Assembly (NCBI GenBank): GCA_010015585.1
Contig: ML975157.1
DNA length: 64,000 nucleotides
Strand: one strand, 5' to 3'
Source: Eremomyces bilateralis CBS 781.70
Lineage: Eukaryota
Shown here: positions 10,891 to 22,194 of the stretch, piece by piece
Position numbering within the stretch: position 1 is the stretch's first letter
How the letters are laid out: every line of letters starts with the position of its first letter
Made by a program: the position numbers and the translations under genes
The notes under the pieces: model-generated
Database searches by the model: none
Told to the model about the DNA's origin: nothing
Seen by the model: the letters and a program-made list of their open reading frames with translations, nothing else

Positions 10891-12040
10891 TGTATTACGC
10901 GGGCCGAGCGCCACGGGGCGGTATTCGCCCCCGGTAAGTACCAACTTATTTACTTCACGCGGCGGAGAGCGAGAAGGAGGGGAACAGGGCCAAGATCTAA
11001 CGAGTAATACGAATCAGTGGAAACCAGATCCATCCAGAGGCAGAGCTCCGCGTCCTAGGCGTACAGGTCGACAGCAAACCCGCGTGGAAAGCACACGTTA
11101 CGCATGCGTCTCAGAGGGGAATCGCAGCCTTCGACGCCCTTCCCGTATCACCGCCTCAACCTGGGAACCATCAGTACGGCTATCCCGCTTCCTATACACA
11201 GCTATTGTTCGCCCAACAATACTACACGGTTCCGCTGTCTGGGGGATGTGCAACGGGGGCGCCACGGCGCCCGAAACCACCCTTAAACCCTTAAAGAAGA
11301 TTCAAAACAAGTGTCTCAAATGTGCCGCGGGGGCATATGGGTTGACTCCCACCGCTGCTCTAGGCAGGGAGCTTGCGGTCCCCCCTCCAGACGTACATCC
11401 AAGCAAGTGCCCTAGGCTACTACGCCAAAGTCGGCCAGTCACCCAGTTGTGGCTAAGACGTCGGAAACACTAGAAGTGGTCTGGGGGGCGCTATAGAATA
11501 GAGGCGTGCAAGGAGCAAGGGGAAGAGGCAGGCCGCGTGCGATACGCATGCGTCCACATAGCGTGGCGGAGACGGGGCGCCAGCAAGCGGAGGAGATCAT
11601 CCAAATGGTCAGGCTAGAAGCCCAACAGCACCGCCGCAGGGGAGGCAGGAGTTCCTCTCCAAAACCCCTCCGTATAAAAACCGCCATCTGGAAGTGGGTG
11701 GATCGCGGATGGCAGAAGGAATGGCAACGCAAGGCCCAAAACCAAACGGCAAGTTTCTGGAAAGGCAGCTGGCGCGAGGACCGCCTAGCACTCTACGACG
11801 GAGCCCCGAAACACATCGCAACCGCCCTCTTTCTCCTCCGCTCAGAAGTGATCGGTCTTATTGCATGGCTTGCGGGAGTCGAAGTCGCGGAGATACGCCC
11901 GCATTGTGCCTGCGGGTGACCTGCGCAAACAGTACGTCACGTCCTGATCCATTGCCTAAGACACGAACAGGCTCGAGTCTACGATACAAAGACGTAATTA
12001 GCCACGATCAGAGAAAGGAAAAGATAGAACAATAAGGGGG
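10891..12040 (+). mobile_element. 5'-truncated, degenerate non-LTR retrotransposon (Tad1-like LINE ORF2 3' part)
   Basis: RT C-terminal motifs GAVFAPGKYQLIYFTR, LRVLGVQVDSK..WKAHV, LYTAIVRPTILHGSAVW, IQNKCLK..AGAY..TP..AL. Terminal CCHC knuckle CACG*PAQTVRHVLIHC. Several stops and frameshifts. Confidence 0.9.
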
Positions 12041-12267
12041 CGAAGGCAGGAGGCTTGGCAATGATCCATGCCAGGAGAATTATGGTGAGTTTCGATTGGC
12101 GCTGGAGGATGGCAGATTTACCTCCAAAAACGGCGTCATAAACTGCCCAAAATGGAGGTCAATCTACCGTTAGATTGTTTAAACGAGTTTTCCATTACAT
12201 TCAATACAACTACAAAAATATACAAGCTCGGGGTATCTCTATTGTACATGTTCCGCTCAGCAATCCC

Positions 12268-15200
12268 TCAAGCCGCCTCCCCGCCTGTTGTTCTCCAGGT
12301 GCTAAAATGAGGAACCTCCCGTCCACAAAAGCAGTTGTACCGGCCATCAAACAACTCTAGACAAGTCCAATGCATCCCGCGTCCACAGGCAGCGCATTGG
12401 TAGAACAACCCAACAATCGATTGAACGCAAATCTCGCACTGCACAACTAGCAGAGCGAGAGGTCGAGGAGGGGAGGCGTGCTCGAAAACCGTTTCTCCCG
12501 CTCGCTCCACGATGGCGAATTTCTGAAATTCCGGCTTCTCTTTATCAACGTGTGGGGTCGAAGCGCCGCTTGGGTGATGGCTGCGCGCATCAAACGAGCC
12601 CTGTGCAAAGTCAGATCGACCGCTGTGGTGGAAATGACAAATATCAGAGCCTACCTTGGGTCCTTTCTCGGACCTCTCGTGAACGCCGTCCGGATCGATC
12701 GCCCAGGCACTCTTGCCACCTTCCCAATACGAGGTTAACCCGTTGAACTGCAACAGTTCCGCACGCTCCACCCAGAGTTCCCAGGAGCCCAAAAGGTGGG
12801 CATACATCATTCTGTACGCCTTGTATCGTTCGTCAGAGCCGGGATCAAGCAATGGTACGCTTCCATGCGCCTCGTTATCGAATCGATTTTGGTTCTTCAT
12901 GGTAACTCGGATGGAACTGCTCCCTCCCCGCGGGATGGTGATGGACTCGGTTATATTAGTGGGAGCCGTGGACGTTGAGAAGCGTTCGTCGGACCCTAAG
13001 GAGCTGCTGTTGCGCTCAGGACCAAGGACCGCCCCCTCGACGGAATACGAGTCTACAAATCCGTCGTCAAGTAGGAATCCGTACGGATCGCGTTTGCCCG
13101 AGGTGGAGACGCGCGTCGATCGCGGAGCATGAGCGCGAGGGCTGTCATAGACTTTGTTCTCTCCCCATGTGATACCACTGGTCGGAGCGGAGGTCGACAA
13201 ATCTCCGTCGTTGCGATGTCTCCCTTGAGTGGGCGGCGATGATGACACGTTCATAGCCAGGGTACGTAGGGATTGGAACGCATTGGATATATTCGAATTG
13301 ACCCGGCGTGTCTGGGTCGCGAGATGATGCTCGGGTGAAGTGGAGAAGCTGCCAGCAGCGCTAGATCGGAAAGTGTTCGAACGTGATAAGACCGGTGGAG
13401 TGTCGCCAGTAGAGAAGGGAGTCGGTGGCTCACTGTGGAAGTTGTCTGTGCCCCATGGCCCGTTGGACGACTCTGCTGAACCATAGACGCCCAGCTTAGC
13501 ATCTCCGTTGTCCCAAGGCTTAGCAAATGAAGATCGAAGGCCAGATGAAACAAGGACGTTGGGCTGAAACAAACTCCAAGCCACTTCTTGCGTTGCGAAA
13601 TAATCTAGTCCGAAGGCGGCACTTTTCATCGACATGGGAAATTCCTTCTTGTGTTGCCGGATCAAGGTGGTGTGAACCCCCTCTTTTGCGGCGGGCTCGA
13701 AAAAGATGCATGATAGCATGGCAAGCATCTGGATATCGGCAAGCTTCTCATAGTGCTCAAATAATTGCGGGATGAGCCACACGCTTGCAATAGGATGGTT
13801 CCCCCATTTGACACGACCCCGGAGCGCCGGATTCTCCACGGTGGCGGGCTTGTCCAGCTGGAGGTCGATTCCACTATCCTTCTTCTTCACTCGCACCCAT
13901 GATCGGCGCGCAAGGACCACAATCGGTTCTTTTCGTTGCTGTTGATCCATGATCTCAAGCGGGATTTCATTATAGAGCATGAGCTTTGCCAGGTTCCAAA
14001 CGGCGGCCGTATCGTCGTCGCCGTATACTGCCGCGACACGAGAATTATGGTCACAGACTAGCGGCCCGTTTCCAAACATGAGATACTCTCCAGCAAGTGC
14101 CTTCTTCGCCGGCAGGAGAGAATGCAGGTCATGGATGGATATGATTGCTTTGGATTTGCCGGCCCCTCCTTTGCTGCCTTGTTCGGCACTTGACTGCTGT
14201 GAAGTCTTATGAAACCTAAGCATCGCGCCTTTCCACGCGGCAGATCGCATGAAACGCGACGGGAGCCTTCCAATATCTCGCTCGCTGTCGGATGACGTAG
14301 TCGAGGAGCTCTCGCTGCTTCCCCCGGAATCGGAGGTTTCATCGTCCACCACCGAGGAGTTTTCCCGAAGGTCTGGGGATTCGGTATTGAGCCGACCAAA
14401 CCCTTCAAATACGCGATTGCCTCGTTGCAAATGATTGGCTGCGCGCAGAGTCGAGAGACTAAACAATGGCTTCGGTTCGGGCTTTGGGGGGAAAAAGCAG
14501 ACGAGCCGACCATCTGGAGTCCAGAGAGCACCGCAAGTTTTTGGGACAGGTACGTTCGCGGTGCTGGGGCCTATTTCCGCGCCACTCAATTCGAGATCCT
14601 GTCCATCAGGATGATGGAAGGCCGGGCCAACGCCCTCCTCTTCGTCGCTGGAGCTCGATTCATCTGCAGCTAATCCTGCAACATCGTCGGCATTGGAGAA
14701 GCTAATGCTATCTTCGAGGCCTCGTTCTCCGAGCAGGTAAGTTATGATTGCCTCTAATGAGCCCCTTTTTTTTGTCTGGTAGTGCTCGGTAATGGAGCGA
14801 AGCTCACGTTTCAGCCGTTCCATGGTGTCTTCTGAGATCGCAGAGACGGTCTTCTCAAAATCGTACTGCGGACATGCATCCGCCGGGTAATTATCAGGAA
14901 ATGATAGGTTCACTCGCAAGAAGGCAGGCTTCTCATCGGCTGCCCACGGTCCGTTCAGGGTGACCGTCGCAGAACGCTTTCCGATATTTGCTAGCTCAAA
15001 TGTGACCTTTTTGTATTTTTTGCCCACGTAAGTGATCTCGTCGCTGAGGCTTTCCGGTGTATCCCAGACAATCTGGTGGTCATTTTGATTTATTCGCGAG
15101 GACCGCGGCGTAAATCCACGAACCATGACGGGAAGAGGCCCGGCTCGTCCTACCCGGACTCCGGCCATCCACGCGATGGGATTGATCGTCCGATTTGGCG

Positions 15201-16553
15201 TACGCCTGGCTTGCATTCCAACGGAGGGGGTCATATGAACGCCTTCAGATCGATGCACTGGCAATGGTGCCCTACTCATGCCTGCAGCTGCGAGTAGCGC
15301 CCCGAGTCCTTTCGGCTTATTTTCTTCATCCTGAAGGTTGGTTGCGTGTGCATGAGTAGGTTCATCACGAAAGGTTCGGTACTCGGCGCCCTGTCTCGTG
15401 AATTTCAAGCCCCTCTCTAGATTCTCGCCTTTCTGATGGCCGACAGGCTTCAAATGTTCGTCGGTAATGCGATGCAAGAGCAGTTGTCGGTCCATTCCCC
15501 AGGATATAAGCTGGAAATCCCGGTTATCGATACCATCCTCGACGGTACCGCGAGACCGCCACAGAAACTCTTTAGCTTGATCATTGTGGCCCTTGAATGA
15601 CGTAGTTGGGGAGCCGACCGACTCGCGACTCTCCCCATCGCCCAACCTGCGGTCGAAAAGATGAAGGTCGAAATTGCCTCTCTGCGGCATTGCAAGCAAC
15701 CCGTAGCCAAATGGGGTGTGACGTGCCCTCCATACGGGATACGGGGTATGTATCACTCGTTCCGGTTCGGACGCGTCATTCTCGTAATCCCAAAACTTGA
15801 TCGTGTGGTCCAGCGAGCAGGTTACTATGTCGCTTGCTCGAGTGCGGTTCCAGTCGATGCCGTAGATCTTGGTGGCATGAGCCTCGATGGTCCGTAACGG
15901 TATGGTCCCTTTCCGGTCATCCCAAATATGGAGATACTTGTCATGGGACGAAGCGATGATATGCGCATCCTGCCGATTCCATTTGACTTGCGTAGCACCA
16001 GCATTCCATTCGGCAAACGTTAGAACGGGCTTCGCAGGCCTACGCAGATCCCAACAATGGACATAGCTGTCAACGGCGCAGGTTGCCAACAAGTCCGGAT
16101 GCAGCGCAGAAAAGTTGATGTCAGTAATTGCTCGCGAGTGTGCATGCAAAGTGTGCTCTATGGGAGCCTGGCGAGTAAGCATGTCGAGGTTCCATACCAG
16201 CGCCTTCTGGTTTGACGTGCTCACGATCCAATAGTCGCGCGATGAGAACGGCGACCATTGCACGTCGGCGACCTCCCATGGCGAGCGATGAACCAAGTGC
16301 CGAGGTGTGGAGTAGAGATTATCTAAGTCAATGATATGAAGACCCTCCCGGCTACGAATTGGATCAAATTAGCTCTGAAATGCCTTGTGCGATCATGGGT
16401 GACCTACGATGCTAGGACGACATCCCTCCCACTTGGGGAGATGGAGGCCGAACCGACGGTCTCATGGACTTTGATCTGAACATCGAGCTCAAAAGTTTTG
16501 CTATCAAAAGCGGAAGTATGCTCACGCGACGGCTTTTCTGAGATATTCTCCAT
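12268..16553 (-). CDS. MTC5: SEA/GATOR2 complex subunit Mtc5/Sea3 (WDR59): WD40 + RWD + C-terminal RING-like (intron 16352-16407)
   Basis: SISPSGRDVVLAS|REGLHIIDLD, PWEVADVQWSP, HSRAITDINF, YPVWRARHTPFG, RWD-like FPDNYP, CGALWTPDGRLVCFFP, DIQMLAMLSC, C-terminal Cys/His cluster. Confidence 0.93.
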
Positions 16554-17277
16554 AGGATTATAATGCTTCGATTATGCTGCGCAGCTCATTGGGTGTCCCA
16601 TAGAGAACATCTCCTGGGGGATTGGGGTGGTGTTGAGAACCCCGAGCGATGGGTGAGAACTGGAAGGAGTTATCGGAAATGGATGCACCCATACTGGGTA
16701 AGAGAAGTCATTCCTACTGAGTCTAGTAGAATATCACCGAGGTGAACACTTCAGTTGCGTGACGCGAAGACTATCGTAAGGAAACATGAATGATGTCGAC
16801 AGCTCTGTACTCTGTTGTGATGGCGGCGTTGAGTGTGGCTGCTGTGGCTGGACTTAAATGTGGCGTCAATCAGGCTCCTAACTCAAGCCTTACTGCCTGA
16901 GGTGTTAATCCTGATCCATCTAAGTGGGGCAGATTTGATCATCACATTGAACTGCGGGAACTGAATCATCAACATGAATTGTTCGACATTTCTACTATTC
17001 CCGCCCATTCCAATCTCGAGATAGGGCCACAGACCCTTGAGGTTTACTACTATTCTCTTCCATTCACTCCTACCAGTCTTTCTCAAAGCCTCTGGATCAC
17101 TTTGGAACTCTTTATTAGCTTGACTCCCTCTGAGCCGCCAGCGTGATCAGTCTCGTACCTTGTTTCGATCCCGATTACAAACACCGCTTTGCCTCCTATA
17201 CTTCAAGACTCACCCGGAGATATCTCCCATTCTCTTCACACGCAGCAACCTCATTGCTGAGGATTACTCCCGCCAAA

Positions 17278-17890
17278 ATGTCTCTTCCGAAGAGAATCAT
17301 CAAGGAGACAGAGCGCCTGATGGCCGAACCGTACGTTCCCTCCACCCCATCGTACTGACCGGAGCATCTAACAACTATCGGCTCAGAGTCCCAGGCATAA
17401 GCGCCGTACCGCATGACGACAACCTGAGATACTTCAACGTCACCATCGACGGCCCATCACAATCCCCTTACGAAGGTGAGGCATATCGCAACCCCCGCCC
17501 GTGTCCCTATTGACGAGGCTCGGAAACAGGAGGCACTTTCAAACTGGAGCTTTTCCTCCCCGAAGACTACCCCATGACACCGCCGAAGGTCCGATTCCTC
17601 ACGAAAATCTACCACCCCAACATCGACCGGCTGGGGAGGATCTGCTTGGACGTGCTGAAAGGTTACATAACATGACTTCTTTCCTGATCCGAACCCTAGT
17701 TGACCGTGTTTTAGCCAACTGGTCGCCCGCCCTTCAGATTCGAACCATCCTGCTCTCAATACAAGCCCTACTAGGTGCTCCGAATCCCGATGACCCGTTG
17801 GCCAACGATGTTGCCCAGCGCTGGAAGGAGGACCAGAATGCCGCGATCGACACGGCTAAAGAGTGGACGGCAAAGTACGCCACAGCTTAG
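17278..17890 (+). CDS. UBC13: Ubiquitin-conjugating enzyme E2 Ubc13 (introns 17331-17386, 17476-17529, 17662-17714)
   Basis: [34 protein letters not shown]...[68 protein letters not shown]. Confidence 0.96.
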
Positions 17891-18294
17891 CGAGTCAGGT
17901 GCTTTCACGTCGAAGGAAGCTATGGAATGCATATGAGTACGTCCGTTCAGACCGCTCGGATTTCTTGAAAGCGAACGGATGTAACGGTTTGCTGACGCGG
18001 ACGTATGGCCAAGTCCGGTCAGGTGACGATGAGGGGAGAGCATTAGGTTGGGCCATCGTGTTAATTACTTGGGACATTAAGCTGGTTTATGATTGACGGG
18101 CTCACCACTCGATGACTAAATGCCATTTTTTTGAGCAATGCTTTTGCATACGGCATGCATGACGCGTGTGACAGCTTATACATTATGACTGGACATGACA
18201 ACAGATAAACAGATGCGTAGGGACCGTCTTCATCCTCCTGTTCTTTCTCAACGATATTCCTATGCTACCCTGGAAATAATGGTTCGTGAGTCTT

Positions 18295-20891
18295 CTAAAC
18301 CTTGACGGGTGTTCGAAGAGTGAATGTCACTGGGGACCCATTTATGGTAACCCAAACGGTGAGCGGGTCGGAACCAATTTGTTCAGCTCTACCTCCGTTA
18401 TTGGAAGTCACAGGGCCGGGGAACGTCACTGGAAGAGGCTTGCCGCAACGGTTCCCGGTGGTCGTGAGCGTGGCCCCGACAATTTGCGACCCGTCGCTAG
18501 AATAGTTCCTACGTTATGTAAGCATTGAAATCGAGGACTAATAGATGACGGGTCTCCATACCAGGCGATATTCGGATTACACCGGTCCCGGGCCATGCGA
18601 TCCGCGAACGATACAGCTAGATCATCGTGTTTCAGCGTGAGCAGCGGCCAATCCACCAGCCTGACCACTTCTCCGACGACCGTTTCCACCCAGAACTGAA
18701 GCAGGGAGTACTTGCCGCTGACCGTGCCAGTGCTTTGGTTCGGCAAGTCCGACACGCGCATGTTGGCTTGATGGAACATGTAGGCGTCATGGTGCAGTCC
18801 CAGTATGCTTCGGGTGTTCACATCCCGCTCATCCTCGAACAGGGCCGCGGCGTTGCCGTTGACGCCGTAGGATGAGCGCCACTCCGCAACGTTGCAGTCG
18901 ATCGCATCGCAGTTGTAGAAGATGTTCGACACCCATCGTGGGGTGATCTGGTATCCATCGAATCCATTGGCAGATTGATTGGTGACCAATGGCCAGAATT
19001 CATTTTCCTAGAAACCAATTTTAATCCCGAACAACTCATAGAGGGAACGGGGAGTGAGCGCTTACATGGTTTAGTAATGCCGATCTGCTGTTGTCTCCAA
19101 CGCCGTTTTGCAGGCCGTTATCACTCCACGCTCTTAAGACGTCAGGGTTGTGAAAACCAGTAATACCCGGCGGGATCAGGCCCTTCCCAGAAAAATGCTT
19201 TGCAGCTGAGAATCCGATGGCGTCCAGGAATCCAATGTTGAATTTGATCTCCTTGTTTGCATCTTCGTAAGTTGCACCGTTCAACGATTGATGAGTACTG
19301 GTGGTGTTAGCAGCTGCCTGGTAGTATAGAACTGGTTGACTGACAATGTGTGAGAGACATGTGCGAATGCATCGCGATTGGTAGGATTCTTCAGCCAAAC
19401 CGCCAATGGGTCAAGATTTATGCAGGCGTCGCTCCAGGAGTACTCCGCTGGGCTTGTCGGCCAAACGTTCGTTCCCGACCCTGCAGGCTTCTTGTACTCC
19501 TGATCAGCGAACTCTGCAGGTGTAGACGAATAGTAGATGGCGCTCGGCGGTACACATGCCCCACCAGCTGGATCATTCTTGATGCCATTTTCGATGGCCC
19601 CGTTGCCGTTGTGACCGAGCTCAATGAAGTATTCCGAGCCGCGAGGCATCTTCCCTTGGATCTGACGGGTCCACGCAACGTGAGCCTCTAGATCCGCAGG
19701 TCGAAGACGGAAGTTGACAGTATTCGGCTGGAAGAGGGTCGTCTGGAGGAAAACATCGTCGACTTGGGTACCGAAATTCAGTCGGCGAATTCCGGTGTAA
19801 AGTCCCCGGGTCGCCCACTGAACCCAGACGTGGTCCAGATACGCAGACGTCACTAGGGCGTCGGTCGCCCATGCGGTGAAGAAGACAATCTGCTCTCGGC
19901 CGTTGATGTTATTGATGATTGCTGCCGTGGTCTGCTCCTTGAATATCCCTGACGGTGCAAAACGGGCAATTTCTCGTGCGATGCTCGGGTCGATGATCCT
20001 GGAAGGGTAATGCCACAATCCCTTCGTCGAAACCGTGGCGCCTTTCTTGAAGTTGACGCCTTCGAAACCAGTGAAATCAGTGACAGTGAGCAGCTGCTCG
20101 ACCGTGTCCTCGCAACACCCATCCCCAGTATGCGCATCTGTTACGCCGAATTCCTCCACCGGATAGGCATCCAGACGAGTCATACGGACACCGAACTTGA
20201 CCTGGTAATCGTAGAGCTGTTGCCACTGTTCCGGCTTCAAGGCACTGGACCCATCGTTTGAATCATCGTTTCGGACCTCGCTTACGACGACGATGCCGCC
20301 AAAGTTGCCCTGATTTCCGTTCGCTAGGGCGGGAAGTGTGACACTGCCGGAGCCAACGTAGACCACTCGGTAAGGGATGCCGTACGCTTGAAGGCGAGCG
20401 TAGCCTTGGTATGCATCGGCGGCATGCCGGGCGATCACTAGGAAAGTGGAGAGGCAGCTGTTGCCTCGCCCAGGGATTGGCGATGTCTGAGGGTCGGCTT
20501 TGGTGGTCGGTTTTGTTGTAATCGGACGGGTAGTGATTCCGCCTCCTCCTCTTGTCGTGGTGGGACGCGTAGTAACAGGCCCAACCGTTACCGTACGCGT
20601 GGTTCGACGACCTCCGGCAGACACGGTCACTGGGCGTCTACCAGTGACTGTAACAGTTGCGCCATTTCCCCCATTCCCGGCATTTCCTCCGCCGGGGCGG
20701 AGCGTTGGCCACTGTTGATTGGTCTGACGGCCATTCCCACCTTGGTACACCGTCACAGCAATGACTTGAGCGTCGCGCTCCTCGAGGTTTTGCTCCTCGA
20801 GAACGTCATCGGCGCGGATTTGAAACGGACTCAGAAAGAAAAGGATGAACAAGCAGAACGCAAGCAGATGGCGAGAGAGTGAAGGGGCCAT
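18295..20891 (-). CDS. Secreted Agd3-like polysaccharide (galactosaminogalactan) deacetylase, CE18-type (3 introns)
   Basis: Signal peptide MAPSLSRHLLAFCLFILFFL, Thr/Gly/Arg-rich linker, TQVDDVFL, spliced HVSHTFTH, GLIPPGITGFHN, GDNSR, PRW..NIFYNCD, YMFHQANMR, C-terminal EQIGSDPLTVWV. Confidence 0.85.
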
Positions 20892-22194
20892 CGTGGGGCG
20901 CAAAAGAACGAATGTAGAGGAGACACTTCGCAGCTCGACTCGAAAGTGGCACCCGGCCAAATGAATGTTTATATATTCGGACGCTGCACGAACCGAGAAC
21001 TGTATCGGCCAGAAGACGAAGCCCCGGAAATTGGTATTTCCAAGAGCCAAGGGTATTTACCATTTCTCCATCTTGGTGACAAACGTTTTCGGGCCACGAA
21101 AATTTCGTGCTCGCCATAATATACTGGGACGCCGCAACTTCGACGGCATCGTCATCGTCGCCTGCTGGCTTCACCGACCCTAAACCGATGTACGAACCGG
21201 GTCATCTGTGAGGGCAGCAGCCATTCTTCTGCGGCATCGATAGCGAAGTCATTGGAAGTTCCACGTTGACGAAAGGATGGCAAACAATGCGACGGTGATG
21301 CAAATTATGGAACAATTTGTATATATTGTATATAGTGATGGACGACCCGACCGAGCTAGGCTGGGACGGTTATGGGAAAGCGAGCAAGTTGGTGAGAGCG
21401 GCGATATTGCATATAAGACGCCTTGCCCGCAGGGATCCCATCATCATCCCATCGCATGGTGACCTCGGACACTTTATTATATTTATTTGGACGCGGCATC
21501 CCTCAGCTAGCATCCTCAGTATAGATTTCAATTTCTGGGACCAGGACAGATATATTGCCTGGTCCATCCGGTTGATTTGGAAGGGTGATATAAGGCCTAA
21601 ATATAGCCAGTGGGCACGAGGCCGCTCGTGAACTATTTTTCTCCAGACAATACGACGTCCATTGGCGTGTTGCTGGTGGTGTCATCGAAACGAGCTTCGG
21701 ATTTGACATGCGGTTGTTCTGTCGCTCCGTCCTCGATACGACTCTAGTCCTGAAGTGTCCTGAGCAAAAAAATCCAATCCTATCGTGTATCCAACCATTC
21801 TCTTCCACCCCTGGCGCCATGTCGACTCCGATTACGGAGGATAATTATCCACACTCGGAGTGAATCTTGATCTTGGTAGCGACGAGCCGTCCCAGGCCTT
21901 CGTTAGTATCTATCGACTCGAAAGCCAAAGATGCTGGAGAAAACAAGGACCAGGTTTCCTCAAACACTCACGATTCATGTTGGAGACGGCGTGGGAGCCT
22001 CGAAGTATCGTCATTACCCGTGCCTAATTCTAGCCCAACAAAGTTCTAAGAGCCATGCCTATCCATTTAAGGCTCATCATCTGATGCTCGTAATCACTGA
22101 TGCCCAAATCGCGATATCCCCAAACGCCAAACTTTTCCACCGCGTCTATCCCAACCATCTAAGCAGGCTCTATTCCGTCCCATGGTATCCCATC

